A stretch of DNA of 64,000 nt from Nitrospirota bacterium (GCA_021791055.1 JAJYXI010000051.1:1653-65652), one strand, 5' to 3'. Shown: positions 38,896 through 49,923, numbered from the stretch's first letter. Notes: generated by a model not told the origin, from the letters alone. Numbers and translations: made by a program.

Positions 38896-40164
38896 TTAAA
38901 ACCCGAATATTCCTTTAAGCTTTTTTAACGGGCTGCTGCCTTCTTCGTCTTTAGTTTTGCCCTCGTCTTTGGTCTTTGACCCGCTTTCTATTTCCGGTTC
39001 CTCTTCTTTAGACCGTTCTTTTTTAGATCGCCTCGGAGTATCATCCTGTTCCATCTCATCAAGCACAACCATACCCGTGGATTTCAGTCTGACTTTCACT
39101 GTCCAGACCGGATTCCATTTCTCCCTCTCCTTCGGATTGTCAGGTCTCGGGGGATGGACTAAATTTAATTCATCACCGTAGGCAATAAACTGTACTGCTG
39201 CGCCTCGCGCGTCTTCAAAAATTCCTCCCGGAACCGCACAACTGGTTGTATCGGCAGGCATTATCACCTTTTCTTTTATAAATCTCCGTACATCGTCATT
39301 AGATAAGTAATGCATAAGCCCCCAGCCTGTATCATACACCTCGCTTGATGTCCAGAGAATCATCTCACCAGTCTTTTCATTGTGCGAGATTGCAGTTGCG
39401 AAATACCCTGTGGCTGTCGGAATAGGCTTCCACGCAAATTGAAACCCTCTTGAATGGTCTCCTTTAACAGATGTAAATTCAACAGGCGCCATAAAATCAT
39501 GTCTCTCGTCTATCTTGAAACGGATAGTATCAGGCAGATAATTGCCGTGTATCACATGCTCGCCTATAAGTGAACTGTCTTTTTGCACATCAATCTTCTT
39601 TTTTATATTAGGCCATTCGGAATAAATCCAGCCTGAACGCGGGGCAGGCGGATACTGAGGCGATGGCGCGCGTCCTGCCATTGCCCTGCCGAACTCCTCA
39701 ATGGTTATTTTATCAGTGTCTATAACTTTAGGCTGCCCCTGACGAACCTTTTCACTGCATCCCCAATAAACGAGCATTCTGAACTTAGGTTTCTCGTATC
39801 CTTCGCTTCCCTCGCTCATCCCCGGCTTTCCCTTCGGAGGAGTCAAAAGAGGCAGAGTATCACCCATTTTCATTCCCGGCGGTATATCATGGGTTGCCTG
39901 TAGGTCTGAAGATGCTTTATGAGGCGAGTTAAGCTGCAAATAAAGAGAACGCTTCGCCTTGCCGAATCCCCCCAACATGCCGCCAAGTCCGGGAATATCA
40001 GGCATCTCGCCCTGCATCCCCGGCATGCTCATGTTATTTGTTTCAACGCTCATCCAGTATCTCGGATAAGGCTTTTTCCCCTTTTCGGCAGAAAATGAAG
40101 AACCTGAATAAAGAAACGCTATTAATACAATGATGACCGTGCAAGTTTTTTTATAGATGCCCAT
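38896..40164 (-). CDS. Secreted hypothetical protein
   Basis: Signal peptide, 422 aa, charged C-terminal tail ending LKGIFGF. Confidence 0.75.
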   Translation of the reverse strand: MGIYKKTCTVIIVLIAFLYSGSSFSAEKGKKPYPRYWMSVETNNMSMPGMQGEMPDIPGLGGMLGGFGKAKRSLYLQLNSPHKASSDLQATHDIPPGMKMGDTLPLLTPPKGKPGMSEGSEGYEKPKFRMLVYWGCSEKVRQGQPKVIDTDKITIEEFGRAMAGRAPSPQYPPAPRSGWIYSEWPNIKKKIDVQKDSSLIGEHVIHGNYLPDTIRFKIDERHDFMAPVEFTSVKGDHSRGFQFAWKPIPTATGYFATAISHNEKTGEMILWTSSEVYDTGWGLMHYLSNDDVRRFIKEKVIMPADTTSCAVPGGIFEDARGAAVQFIAYGDELNLVHPPRPDNPKEREKWNPVWTVKVRLKSTGMVVLDEMEQDDTPRRSKKERSKEEEPEIESGSKTKDEGKTKDEEGSSPLKKLKGIFGF

Positions 40165-40274
40165 TTCCCCTCCCTGTTCCTCCGGATATTACTAAAGTAA
40201 TTATACACCATTTCTCACCATCCCCTTATATATAGAGATAGATTTTATTTTCGAGATAACGCCTTAGTTACCCT

Positions 40275-40502
40275 TTATATCAAGCCAAGCTCCTTTAACT
40301 GTTTCACCATCTCATCAAACTCGGGACGAAACCGGTAACCAAGCCGGACGATTGCTTCGTAAGGCTCCATCGAGGCATTTGGATCTGCCAGTGACAGATA
40401 CTCGCTGAATATGGCGTTAAAGGCATTTCTCTTGGGAACCACAAAATAATTGTCCTCAAAGGCAGCGGCAATCTTAAAGGCAATATCTTCTATCTCAGCC
40501 AT
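40275..40502 (-). CDS. Small hypothetical protein
   Basis: 75 aa with strong AAGGAGG RBS. Confidence 0.7.
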   Translation of the reverse strand: MAEIEDIAFKIAAAFEDNYFVVPKRNAFNAIFSEYLSLADPNASMEPYEAIVRLGYRFRPEFDEMVKQLKELGLI

Positions 40503-40531
40503 GCTTTCCTCCTCCTTTGCTTAGTCCTTTG

Positions 40532-42235
40532 TTATACATTCATAGCCTCCATATACTCATCCCACAGCCTTTCTTTTGATATGCCTGTGTCTATAAAATC
40601 CCATGGCAGGACTTCATCATAATCTTTTTTCCTGAATATATAAAAGCCTATATCCACTCCTGCCAGCGAGCACGCAACTTTATAGTCATCTGCCTTAACC
40701 ATCGCCTTTAAAACATTAAATACTCTTCTGTCGCCCACAGAGAAAAGCCCCTGCATGTGAGCATATTTTGGAACATCATGAAAGACCTTTACACCCTTTT
40801 CATCCCTCAATGCCTTCTTAATAAACTTCAGCTTCTCCTTTACAGAATCAAGAGGCTCCATAGGATGCCATTGAAACGGAGTAAAGGGCTTTGGAACGAA
40901 TGTACTAACGCTCAATATTATATTTCCCTTGCTCGAAATTCTCCTCACTTTTTTTACAATCTCAACAATCCCTGAGATGTCTTCATCCGTCTCTGTTGGA
41001 AGCCCTATTATAAAATAAAGCCTCAAATTCTCTATGCCTGCATTTAATATAAGTTCCGATGTGTTAAGTATGTCATTTTCTGTAATCTTTTTGTTGACAA
41101 CCCTTCTCATCCTCTCTGTGCCTGCCTCGGGTGCAATAGAAACACTCTTATGTCCTTTTAAAAGCTCCACAAGTTCGGCGCTCTTTTCACTTGCACGCAA
41201 AGAGGTTATGGAAAAATCAACACCGTCAATGCATAAGACATCCTTGATATATGCATAATCTGTGAGGGAAGGCCCTATTAATCCTATTCTTAATCCCCCC
41301 TTCCCCCCTTTAGTAAAGGGTGGTGTTGGGGGGATTTGAAGCTTCTTGGCCTTTTCAATTTCTGCCTTAATGGTTTCGAGCTCTTTTTTTCTCACCGGGC
41401 TGTAAATATGCCCAACAAGGCAGAACCTGCATTTCCAAGGGCATCCCCTCATAGCCTCGATAAGATACATGTCCGAAAACTCCGCCTCCGGAGTAGTAAT
41501 CGCTGTTGTAACAGGAGAAAGTGATAAATCCTTAATGTATCTCCTTTTTATCTTTTCCGGCACTCCATGTTTTGCAATCCTTTCAACTATCCTGTCGTCA
41601 GGAGCGTATTTAATACCATAGAACTCAGGAATATAAATACCTTCGATGTTAATTGCTTCCTTTTTCATATCATTTACCCCCATTCGTCCCCCCTTACCAA
41701 GGGGGGATTTGAGGGGGGTAGAATAAACATCCAGAAACTCATTCAGCGATTCCTCTGCCTCGCCGACAAAGATTATGTCAAAGACTGGAGCTACCGGCTC
41801 AGGGTTGAAAAAACAGCAAACGCCGCCTGCAATTAGAAGAGGATGATATTCGTTCCTTTCGGACGAACTAAACGGGATTTTTGAAATATCGAGTATCTTT
41901 AAAATATTCGGGTAGTCGTTTTCAAATGAAATGGAAAAAGCTACTATATCAAATCGGTTTAACGGCCTCTTTGATTCAAGGGAAAATACAGGTGTATCGG
42001 TTCTTCTGTATTCTTCGATGTCTTTCTCATCAGGCAGAAATGCCCTTTCGCATACAACATCATCCCTTTTATTCAGAAGGCCGTAAATGCCCTGAAATCC
42101 CAAGTTTGACATACCCACATGATAGGTATTCGGATACACAAGGCATATATTTATCTTTCCGCCCGGGTCTTTAAAGATGGTGCCTTTTTCCTTTGAAAGA
42201 AGGGTGTCCGCTTTTTCGATGAGCTTACGGTTCAC
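40532..42235 (-). CDS. B12-binding-domain/radical SAM protein
   Basis: YPNTYHVGMSNLG, RGCPWKCRFC (CxxxCxxC), APEAG, FVPKPFTPFQW. Confidence 0.92.
   Translation of the reverse strand: MNRKLIEKADTLLSKEKGTIFKDPGGKINICLVYPNTYHVGMSNLGFQGIYGLLNKRDDVVCERAFLPDEKDIEEYRRTDTPVFSLESKRPLNRFDIVAFSISFENDYPNILKILDISKIPFSSSERNEYHPLLIAGGVCCFFNPEPVAPVFDIIFVGEAEESLNEFLDVYSTPLKSPLGKGGRMGVNDMKKEAINIEGIYIPEFYGIKYAPDDRIVERIAKHGVPEKIKRRYIKDLSLSPVTTAITTPEAEFSDMYLIEAMRGCPWKCRFCLVGHIYSPVRKKELETIKAEIEKAKKLQIPPTPPFTKGGKGGLRIGLIGPSLTDYAYIKDVLCIDGVDFSITSLRASEKSAELVELLKGHKSVSIAPEAGTERMRRVVNKKITENDILNTSELILNAGIENLRLYFIIGLPTETDEDISGIVEIVKKVRRISSKGNIILSVSTFVPKPFTPFQWHPMEPLDSVKEKLKFIKKALRDEKGVKVFHDVPKYAHMQGLFSVGDRRVFNVLKAMVKADDYKVACSLAGVDIGFYIFRKKDYDEVLPWDFIDTGISKERLWDEYMEAMNV
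41292..41336. repeat. 45-bp C/G-run palindrome, in-frame in the radical SAM gene
   Basis: aatccccccttcccccctttagtaaagggtggtgttggggggatt, encoding IPPTPPFTKGGKGGL. Confidence 0.88.
41675..41720. repeat. Second ~45-bp C/G-run palindrome in the radical SAM gene
   Basis: Core ccccccttaccaagggggg shared with the fabF copy; encodes TPLKSPLGKGGRMGV. Confidence 0.88.
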
Positions 42236-43530
42236 TCCCCTATCTTCTTCCTCAAAAAAGTCGGGATGTCATAAATATCTTCCTGCGGGAGGATGGATTC
42301 GTTTAAAACAGGCTTTTGCTCTCCCTGCTTTTGAATTTGTATTTCGAGAAGACTCTTCTCGGATTCTATATTCTGAATATTTTCTGCAAGACTTTCCATA
42401 TCTTTGGCCGGTTCTTTTACGGGTTCCTTTGAAAGGCTTTGTCCAAACGGACTTTGCTCTTTTGATGGCATATCAATACTCTTCTTGTCTAATATCCTTC
42501 CAGAGCCTTTAAGGCTGATCGGGTCTTTCTTTGGCATCCATTTCTTAACCTGGGGCAGTTCGGCCTTCTCCACCCTATCTTCAAGCCCTGTGGCTATTAC
42601 TGTCACCCTCACATCATCTTCCATATCGGGATTTATAACAGCGCCCAAAATTATATTTGCCTCATCATGGGCAGAGTCGTAAATCAAAGATGATGCCTCC
42701 TGAACGGCATCTATGGACATGTTAAGTCCGCCTGTTATGTTTATGAGAATCCCCTTTGCTCCTTCTATTGACGACTCCTCAAGAAGGGGATTTGATATCG
42801 CCCTTTTTGCTGCCTCAAATGCTCCTCCTTCGCCGCTTCCGGTTCCCATTCCGATAACAGCCCTTCCTGCATTTTCCATTACTGATTTGACATCGGCAAA
42901 ATCAAGGTTTATGAGACCCGGGATGAGTATTAAATCAGAGATGCCCTGTATTGCCTGCCTTAAGACATCATTTGCAATCGAAAAAGATTTAAGCAATGGA
43001 GTGCCTTTTTCTACAACGAGATGAATCCTGTCATTGGGAATAACTATAAGGGTATCTACATGTTTTTTAAGCTCCCTTATGCCTTCCTCTGCATTTATGG
43101 CCCTCTTTCTGCCTTCGTAATAAAAGGGTTTTGTAACAACACCGACAGTAAGTATGCCCATCTCCTTTGCGAGATTAGCAATCACAGGCGCTGCTCCTGT
43201 GCCTGTTCCTCCGCCCATGCCTGCAGTGATGAATACCATATCAGCGCCTTCGATACAGCCTGCTATCGAGTCCTTATCTTCAATTGCAGCCTGCCTCCCG
43301 ATAACGGGGTTTGAGCCGGCGCCGAGACCCTTTGTCAGGTCTGTGCCTATCTTTACCTTTACGGGTGCGAGTGATGCAGCGAGGTGCTGATTGTCTGTAT
43401 TTACAGCGATAAATTCCACTCCGTATAAATTTGCAGCTACCATGCTGTTGATAGCATTACCGCCGCCGCCGCCAACGCCAATCACCTTTATCTTTGCAAC
43501 CAGCCTTCCAATATCCTCTAATTCAAACAT
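42232..43530 (-). CDS. ftsZ: Cell division protein FtsZ
   Basis: GVGGGGGNA, GMGGGTGTG, INLDFAD, C-terminal DIPTFLR. Confidence 0.99.
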   Translation of the reverse strand: MFELEDIGRLVAKIKVIGVGGGGGNAINSMVAANLYGVEFIAVNTDNQHLAASLAPVKVKIGTDLTKGLGAGSNPVIGRQAAIEDKDSIAGCIEGADMVFITAGMGGGTGTGAAPVIANLAKEMGILTVGVVTKPFYYEGRKRAINAEEGIRELKKHVDTLIVIPNDRIHLVVEKGTPLLKSFSIANDVLRQAIQGISDLILIPGLINLDFADVKSVMENAGRAVIGMGTGSGEGGAFEAAKRAISNPLLEESSIEGAKGILINITGGLNMSIDAVQEASSLIYDSAHDEANIILGAVINPDMEDDVRVTVIATGLEDRVEKAELPQVKKWMPKKDPISLKGSGRILDKKSIDMPSKEQSPFGQSLSKEPVKEPAKDMESLAENIQNIESEKSLLEIQIQKQGEQKPVLNESILPQEDIYDIPTFLRKKIGE

Positions 43531-43539
43531 AAACGCCTC

Positions 43540-44832
43540 CTATCTCTTCCCCAGTATATTCTTAAACCATCCAGTCATTTTATTTAAAATCCTGTTAAAC
43601 AGATCAGAAGAAAAACCGCCTCTTTCAGAGGGCATTATTGACTCAATCCCGTATAATACAAGACCTATACCCGTGGCATACATGGGATTATTGAATTCAC
43701 CTTTTAATCCATTCATGCTATGCACGCCAATGTCTCCATTAAAACTCTTCTCAGAAAAATTCTGGTGTGAAAGATGAGGATAACCTATCCTCACAGGCAT
43801 TGATAAAATAGCCTCTGACATCCTGTCAAACCCTGCAAGCAAGGAAGATCCGCCTGTCAAGACAACTCCTGACACAATAATGCCGTTGTTATGCAATGTC
43901 TGTATTTCCTGTTTGACAAGCTCAAGAAGCTCTTCGCATCTCGGCTGGAGTATCTCTGTAATATATCTCTGCGGTATTCCCCTCACCTGCCCATCAATGG
44001 CTACAACATCGACCTCAGCATTTTCATTCTCAGACAAGATAGAACCATATCTCTTCTTCACCCTCTCTGCCTCGTTAAATGGCAGTCTAAGTCCGACAGA
44101 TATGTCGTTTGTAAAGTGATTGCCTCCTATTCCCAATACTGCCGTATGTCTCAGCCATCCCTCTTTGTAAATGGCGATGTCCGTTGTACCGCCGCCAATA
44201 TCAACAAGGGCTATGCCCATATCGCGCTCATCGTCTGTTAATGTCGCTTCTGAAGATGCAAGGGGTTGAAGGACTATATCGACAACCTCAAGCCCTGCCC
44301 TCTCGCAGCACTTCAGGAGATTCTGTACAGATGCGACAGCGCCTGTCACAATATAGACCTTCACCTCAAGCCTGACTCCTGCCATTCCAACAGGGTCTTT
44401 TATTCCGTCCTGCCCGTCGAGGATAAAATCTGTGGGAAGCACATGAAGTATCTCGCGGTCTAAAGGCACATATACGGCACTTGCAGAATCAATGGCCCTT
44501 TCTACATCCTCGGCCGTCACCTCTTTGCCCTTGATTCCAACAGCGCCATAACTGCTGAAGCTCTTTATATGGCTCCCTGCAATGCCTACATGCACATCCC
44601 TGATGCCAATGCCTGTCTGCTCCTCGACATCAGAAACCGCCTTTCTTATCGAATTTGCAGTAGCCTCTATATCAATCACAACGCCTTTTCTGAGGCCTGT
44701 TGATGGATTGGAGCTGACTGCAAGTATATTTATTCCATCATCTGTTACCTCTCCTGCAATAGCGCATATCTTTGTCGTGCCCACATCGAGTCCGACAATA
44801 ACACTGCTATTTCTTTTTCTTTTCTCTGCCAT
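43540..44832 (-). CDS. ftsA: Cell division protein FtsA
   Basis: GLDVGTTK, DIGGGTTD, VLTGG. Confidence 0.97.
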   Translation of the reverse strand: MAEKRKRNSSVIVGLDVGTTKICAIAGEVTDDGINILAVSSNPSTGLRKGVVIDIEATANSIRKAVSDVEEQTGIGIRDVHVGIAGSHIKSFSSYGAVGIKGKEVTAEDVERAIDSASAVYVPLDREILHVLPTDFILDGQDGIKDPVGMAGVRLEVKVYIVTGAVASVQNLLKCCERAGLEVVDIVLQPLASSEATLTDDERDMGIALVDIGGGTTDIAIYKEGWLRHTAVLGIGGNHFTNDISVGLRLPFNEAERVKKRYGSILSENENAEVDVVAIDGQVRGIPQRYITEILQPRCEELLELVKQEIQTLHNNGIIVSGVVLTGGSSLLAGFDRMSEAILSMPVRIGYPHLSHQNFSEKSFNGDIGVHSMNGLKGEFNNPMYATGIGLVLYGIESIMPSERGGFSSDLFNRILNKMTGWFKNILGKR

Positions 44833-44835
44833 CCG

Positions 44836-45666
44836 TCATTCCTTTTGTTTTTTATCTTTTTGTAATATGGGGTTGCTCGAAAGGGAACTTTGTTCCCCTT
44901 CGATACTACCCGCTGGCTTTACTATTATCTTATTGGCGAATCGCAGGTCTATGTATTCGACAGACATATTCCGCTTTTCTATCTCATCCCTCACAAATTC
45001 AAGCCGCTCCAGCTTTTTATCGAAATCGCCGGCGCCGATCTTTATGGATATGTTATCGAGTTTTAATGTAATGTCTTCAGGCCTCTGCCCTGTTATTTCA
45101 AGGTTTCCGTCATAAGACAATACCTTTTTGCTGTGAAGGACATTTACAAATCTCACTGCCTCTTCATAGGCGTCTTTATTATTTTTATAATCCATATCCT
45201 TTATAACAGGCAGAAAAAGGACAGTCGATTCCCTCATCTGTTCAAGGATGTTGCCTTCTCTGTCTATAAGATACGGCCTGTCCGCAATGCTCAGGATGGC
45301 AACAGGAACTGCCTCTGTCACATTTATCAGTACCCTTCCTGAAAGCTCTTTCTTAATGACCGCATCCCTTATCCACGGAGATGACTTGAGCCTCTTATAA
45401 AGCTCCCTTCCCGAAACACCGAAAAGTTCGTTTCCCTTCTTGATCTTGATCAACGACTTCAGCTCATCGTTTTTAAGGTGATGGTTCCCTACAAAGGCTA
45501 TATCCCTGACCAGCATGTGGTTTTTGATTAAAAAATATGCAGCGGAGAAAGCAACAACAAAAATCAAAAAAAGAAAAACAGCGAATTTTATCTTCTTTCT
45601 TTCCTTCTTCCTCTGCAATGACCTCAGGTTTCTCCTGTTTATGTTCATGGTCTTAATCTTTGTCAA
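44836..45666 (-). CDS. ftsQ: Cell division protein FtsQ/DivIB
   Basis: Single TM, POTRA domain, YIDLRF; position in dcw. Confidence 0.9.
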   Translation of the reverse strand: MTKIKTMNINRRNLRSLQRKKERKKIKFAVFLFLIFVVAFSAAYFLIKNHMLVRDIAFVGNHHLKNDELKSLIKIKKGNELFGVSGRELYKRLKSSPWIRDAVIKKELSGRVLINVTEAVPVAILSIADRPYLIDREGNILEQMRESTVLFLPVIKDMDYKNNKDAYEEAVRFVNVLHSKKVLSYDGNLEITGQRPEDITLKLDNISIKIGAGDFDKKLERLEFVRDEIEKRNMSVEYIDLRFANKIIVKPAGSIEGEQSSLSSNPILQKDKKQKE

Positions 45667-46591
45667 ACAATGTCTGCTTCAGTATCTCCTCTATTAAATC
45701 GGAAAATTCCAATCCAGAGAGTTTTGCTATCTTCGGCAAAAGGCTCGTCTCTGTCATCCCGGGTATGGTATTTACCTCAAGTATATACGGCTCATTTGAC
45801 TCATCTAAAATGAAATCAACCCTTGTGGCTCCTTTACAGCCGAGGGCATTGTGCGCCTTCAGAGCCGCACCCTTAAGCGTTTCATATGCACAGTCATCAA
45901 TCTCTGGAGGCAGTATGTATTGCGTAAGTCCCGGAGTATATTTCGCCTCGTAACTGTAAAACTCCTTTGACGGCCTCACCTCGACACCGCCAAGCACAGT
46001 CTGTCCGAGTACGCCTATCTGTATCTCTTTGCCCTTTATGTATCTTTCAATAATTATTTTTCTTCCGTAAGCAAAAGCGCTTTTGACGGCATCGGTCAGA
46101 TCTTCCTCGTCCTTTACTATGCTGACCCCTATACTTGAACCCTCTGCAATAGGCTTGACAACCCACGGTAAAGGGAAATCGACAACAGCAGTTATCAATT
46201 GAGGATTGATTCTTTCCCCTGCCTGTTCTCTGTTTATCACCACAAAGGGCGATACAGGTATATCGTGATAAAGGAATATCTTCTTTGATGCCTCTTTGTC
46301 CATTGCCAGCGCAGACGCCAAAATACCTGAGCCAGTATACGGAATACCCATGACTTCAAGAAGACCCTGAACAGCGCCGTTTTCGCCGTGGCCTCCGTGA
46401 AGGGCCATAAAGGCAATTTCTATGTTCTCCTTCTTTAAGTCCTCGCAGATATTGTCTGATACATCCATAAAAACAGCATCGTATCCGAGGTTCAGCAATG
46501 CTTTATAAATGGCATTCCCGCTCTTAAGGGAAACCTCCCTTTCGGCAGATGTTCCGCCTGCAAGAACCCCTATGCGTTTATCAGTTATCAT
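45653..46591 (-). CDS. ddl: D-alanine--D-alanine ligase
   Basis: [28 protein letters not shown]. Confidence 0.97.
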   Translation of the reverse strand: MITDKRIGVLAGGTSAEREVSLKSGNAIYKALLNLGYDAVFMDVSDNICEDLKKENIEIAFMALHGGHGENGAVQGLLEVMGIPYTGSGILASALAMDKEASKKIFLYHDIPVSPFVVINREQAGERINPQLITAVVDFPLPWVVKPIAEGSSIGVSIVKDEEDLTDAVKSAFAYGRKIIIERYIKGKEIQIGVLGQTVLGGVEVRPSKEFYSYEAKYTPGLTQYILPPEIDDCAYETLKGAALKAHNALGCKGATRVDFILDESNEPYILEVNTIPGMTETSLLPKIAKLSGLEFSDLIEEILKQTLFDKD

Positions 46592-46754
46592 AAATCATTG
46601 CCTCTCAAATTAATTGCCTCCTATTTTATCAGGGAAACGCATAATATCTCCAATCCATAATTTACCTTTTCCATCTGCAATCTTCTCCTGTCATCTGCCC
46701 AATATGAAAAACTATTGCGGTGAATATTATCATTGCATAAGTTATAATATATAC

Positions 46755-46955
46755 ATGCATAAAAAGTCGCTACTTCAGACCAACCCTTATTTGAAAGATC
46801 CTGAAAAGCGCCGGCAAATAATCGAGACTGTTGTGCGTTCTTCCTCATCCATCGAGGGCGTCCATGTTGCTGCCGAGGAAGCGCTTCTAAAAATTTCCAA
46901 AACACGCACCACTATTTCGCCAGCGTCCGTCTCGTTCTCGAAAGCACAGCGCTGA
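46755..46955 (+). CDS. Putative Fic antitoxin (SxxxEG inhibitory-helix protein), 66 aa
   Basis: MHKKSLLQTNPYLKDPEKRRQIIETVVRSSSSIEGVH; TATAAT 6 nt upstream of the ATG; 3' end overlaps the Fic gene. Confidence 0.55.
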   Translation: MHKKSLLQTNPYLKDPEKRRQIIETVVRSSSSIEGVHVAAEEALLKISKTRTTISPASVSFSKAQR

Positions 46956-47277
46956 ATACTCTTTTCATCGGTTCATAGTCCTTATTTGCACTCGCTTGAA
47001 CAGCGGCAAAATATGATTTTCTCATTTTGCCACGAATTCCTGTAAAATCAAGGCCCGGCAGCCCTGCCTGTAATGCCATTAATACAGCAAGCAATCTTCC
47101 GACCCTTCCATTCCCTTCTCTGAAAGGATGAATCAACATCAATTCTGCATGGACTACGGATAGTGCGGTTATGATTTCTTCATCTTTAGCGAACAGACAG
47201 GGTACCCTTCCCCGCGAGCCGGGCTCAAACTGGTCTTCAATTAAATGTGATGTCTTATAACGGCCTGATTTTTTCAA
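46912..47277 (-). pseudogene. Fic-domain protein with apparent in-frame internal deletion
   Basis: Intact HPFREGNGRVGR motif but only 121 aa; EPGSRGRV is joined directly to PCLF. Confidence 0.7.
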
Positions 47278-47432
47278 TCTCCCTGCCCTCTGCCCAGCTC
47301 ACCTCTACAAGCTCTATCTAATAATGAATGGAGATTGACAACTCTTAAACCATCTTCAAAAATAATTTCCTCGACATCAGCCTTAAAGTTATACAACAAA
47401 GCAGCGCTGTAATGTTCAATATGTATTGACAT
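47274..47432 (-). CDS. 52-aa ORF or gene fragment upstream of fic
   Basis: Read manually: MSIHIEHYSAALLYNFKADVEEIIFEDGL...GD*; purine-rich RBS; TTGA overlap with the fic start. Confidence 0.35.
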   Translation of the reverse strand: MSIHIEHYSAALLYNFKADVEEIIFEDGLRVVNLHSLLDRACRGELGRGQGD

Positions 47433-47566
47433 TTCTCTTTCCCCTTACTTTATCTTCCCCTCCACAATCTCAAATCTCCTGCCTGCGGCAGGCCTCCAAA
47501 AGATAATGGCTCGAAAAGATGCCAGAGGTTATTCAGACATCCTTAAACAAATCCGGCTGTGTTTTT

Positions 47567-48484
47567 TTATTGGATATAGCCACTTCTTCCTAAAATCCTT
47601 ATCTCCGGTTCAAGAACGATCCCGAATTTATCTTTCACCTTTTTGCCCACCATATCCATAAGTTTAAGAAAATCATCACAGGTTCCATTCCCAGCATTGA
47701 CAAAAAAATTCGCGTGTATTGCGCTGACATCTATGTCTCCCATTCTCATGCCCTTACATCCTGCATCATCTATGAGCTTGCCTGCAGCTATGTCTTTTGG
47801 ATTTTTAAATACGCACCCTGCAGAGGGTTTTGATACAGGCTGCTTTGATTTCTTTTCATTAATGAATCCTGTGAACCTTTTTTTAATTTCAAACGGTTCG
47901 TCTTTCTTAAGGGATAAAACGGCGCTAAGAATAATAGAATCGGAAGGAATCTTTGCGCTCCTATACTGAAAACTCATATCATTTGCGGATAATTCTTTTA
48001 TCCCTCCATTAGGCATTAATAAATTAACGGATTTAACCACATCCTTAATCTCGCATCCAAAAGAGCCTGCATTCCCTGCAATTGCGCCTCCCATAGAACC
48101 CGGAATTCCTGCAAGCCCTTCCATTCCAGAAAGTCCATGCTCAATACACAGATTGATAACCTTTTGAAGAGAGCATCCTGCTTCAGCGTTAAGCGTTGAG
48201 CGTTCAGCGTTTAGAGTGATGTTATTCATCTTCGATGTGAAGATCACAGCACCATCGATGCCTCTGTCTTTTACCAGTATGTTTGTGCCGCCGCCAATAA
48301 CAATATACGGGACTCCTTCTCCGGTAAGAGTTTTTATGAGTTCAGGCAGGGAGGGTTCATCGGGGAATAATGCAACATCGGCAGGCCCGCCTATTTTCAA
48401 AGAGGTATGCATCGACATGGGTTCGTTGAACCGAATATCAATGCTTCTGGAAATACAGAACTCCCTTAGAAGTTCATATTCCAT
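47567..48484 (-). CDS. murB: UDP-N-acetylenolpyruvoylglucosamine reductase
   Basis: IGGPAD, GIPGSMGG..NAG, SAGCVFKNP, HANF, LEPE. Confidence 0.96.
   Translation of the reverse strand: MEYELLREFCISRSIDIRFNEPMSMHTSLKIGGPADVALFPDEPSLPELIKTLTGEGVPYIVIGGGTNILVKDRGIDGAVIFTSKMNNITLNAERSTLNAEAGCSLQKVINLCIEHGLSGMEGLAGIPGSMGGAIAGNAGSFGCEIKDVVKSVNLLMPNGGIKELSANDMSFQYRSAKIPSDSIILSAVLSLKKDEPFEIKKRFTGFINEKKSKQPVSKPSAGCVFKNPKDIAAGKLIDDAGCKGMRMGDIDVSAIHANFFVNAGNGTCDDFLKLMDMVGKKVKDKFGIVLEPEIRILGRSGYIQ
48182..48211. repeat. Intragenic heptamer array (TTxAGCG) in murB
   Basis: ttcagcg ttaagcg ttgagcg ttcagcg, encoding TLNAERSTLNAE. Confidence 0.8.
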
Positions 48485-48490
48485 GAATAA

Positions 48491-48519
48491 ACTCCATTAC
48501 TCCATCACTCCAACACTCC
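48491..48519. repeat. Octamer array (ACTCCAxx) spanning the murC stop codon
   Basis: actccatt actccatc actccaac actcc; gives the C-terminus SVGVME, as GNAT copy 1 ends ISGVME. Confidence 0.75.
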
Positions 48520-49909
48520 TTAACTTATTCAGTATCTCTTCACCCATCTTATACACATCGCCTGCACCGAGGGTTATGAGCACATCCCCCGATTTAAGCT
48601 CAGACACAATCTTTTCTGCCAGCTCCTTTCTATCCGAGATGCGGGCAGGGATATAACTCAGATTTTTAAATCCTGTCCCTCTTATCCTTTGAGCAAGGGT
48701 TTCCGAATTTACCCCTTCTATCGGCCTTTCGCTTGCAGGGTATATGTCCATTAAGAACAATCTGTCTGAACTATCCAAACCTGTGGCAAAGCTTACAGCA
48801 AACTCATCCATCAAATCCCTTGTGCGTGTGTATCGGTGGGGCTGGAATAAAACGACTACCCTGTTGCCGTTGAAGCATTCCCGTGCTGCTTTGAGCGTAG
48901 CCGCTATTTCTGAAGGATGATGTCCGTAATCGTCAAAAACCTTGATTTCCCCTGCCTCACCCTTAAATTCGAATCTGCGGTGTATTCCGCTGAAATTACT
49001 TAATGCCTTTGCAATGACATCCACCGGAATTTGAAGCTCTATGGCAACAGCTATTGCAGCCAGACTATTAAGAACATTATGTCTTCCGGGAACCGGAAGG
49101 GTGAATATCCCCAGTGATTTGCCTTTATATACTGCCTCAAAGCTCATCCTTATTCCTGAATGTTTTATTTCCCTCGCATAGATATCAGCAACTTCGGATA
49201 ATCCGTAGGTCAGAAACTTCCTCTGGATTAAAGGGATTATTTCGCGGAGGTAATCATTCTCCATGCAGACAACCGCTATGCCGTAAAACGGGATCTTGTT
49301 TATAAATGCCAGAAACGCATGTTTCAATACATCCATATCCATGAAGTAATCCATGTGTTCCCTGTCGATGTTCGTTATAACGGCAATTGTTGGGTTGAGC
49401 TTAAGGAAAGAGCCGTCGCTTTCGTCGGCCTCTGCCACAATGTAGTCGCCCTGCCCAAGCTTTGCATTGCTCCCCATGGACTTTAGCTTTCCGCCTATAA
49501 TCACTGTCGGGTCCAGTCCGCCTTCACCGAGTACGGTTGCAATAAGGGATGTTGTGGTTGTCTTTCCGTGGGCGCCTGCAACGAGGATTCCGTATTTAAG
49601 CCTACCGAGTTCTGCAAGCATCTCTGCCCTCGGAATAACTGGAATAGATCTGCGCTTTGCCTCTACAACCTCTGGATTATCAGGAGAGACTGCAGAGGAT
49701 ATAACAACAACATGGGCATGGTCTATGTTTTCTCCGTCATGCCCTATAAATATCTTTATGCCAAGGTTCTTCAATCTCGTTGTTGTATCCGACCCCTTCA
49801 CATCAGACCCCGTTATTTCATAGCCGAGATTATGCAGAACCTCCGCAATACCGCTCATCCCGACTCCGCCGATGCCTACGAAATGGATTATCCTATACTT
49901 ATTGAACAT
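48497..49909 (-). CDS. murC: UDP-N-acetylmuramate--L-alanine ligase
   Basis: GIGGVGMSG, GAHGKTTT, EADESD, DDYGHHP, FQPHRY. Confidence 0.98.
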   Translation of the reverse strand: MFNKYRIIHFVGIGGVGMSGIAEVLHNLGYEITGSDVKGSDTTTRLKNLGIKIFIGHDGENIDHAHVVVISSAVSPDNPEVVEAKRRSIPVIPRAEMLAELGRLKYGILVAGAHGKTTTTSLIATVLGEGGLDPTVIIGGKLKSMGSNAKLGQGDYIVAEADESDGSFLKLNPTIAVITNIDREHMDYFMDMDVLKHAFLAFINKIPFYGIAVVCMENDYLREIIPLIQRKFLTYGLSEVADIYAREIKHSGIRMSFEAVYKGKSLGIFTLPVPGRHNVLNSLAAIAVAIELQIPVDVIAKALSNFSGIHRRFEFKGEAGEIKVFDDYGHHPSEIAATLKAARECFNGNRVVVLFQPHRYTRTRDLMDEFAVSFATGLDSSDRLFLMDIYPASERPIEGVNSETLAQRIRGTGFKNLSYIPARISDRKELAEKIVSELKSGDVLITLGAGDVYKMGEEILNKLRSVGVME

Positions 49910-49923
49910 GCCTTATCCCTCTT

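Noticed and set aside
47478..47493. cctgcctgcggcaggc mini-palindrome upstream of the Fic region
   Set aside because: Single short copy in the window, insufficient to call a repeat family.
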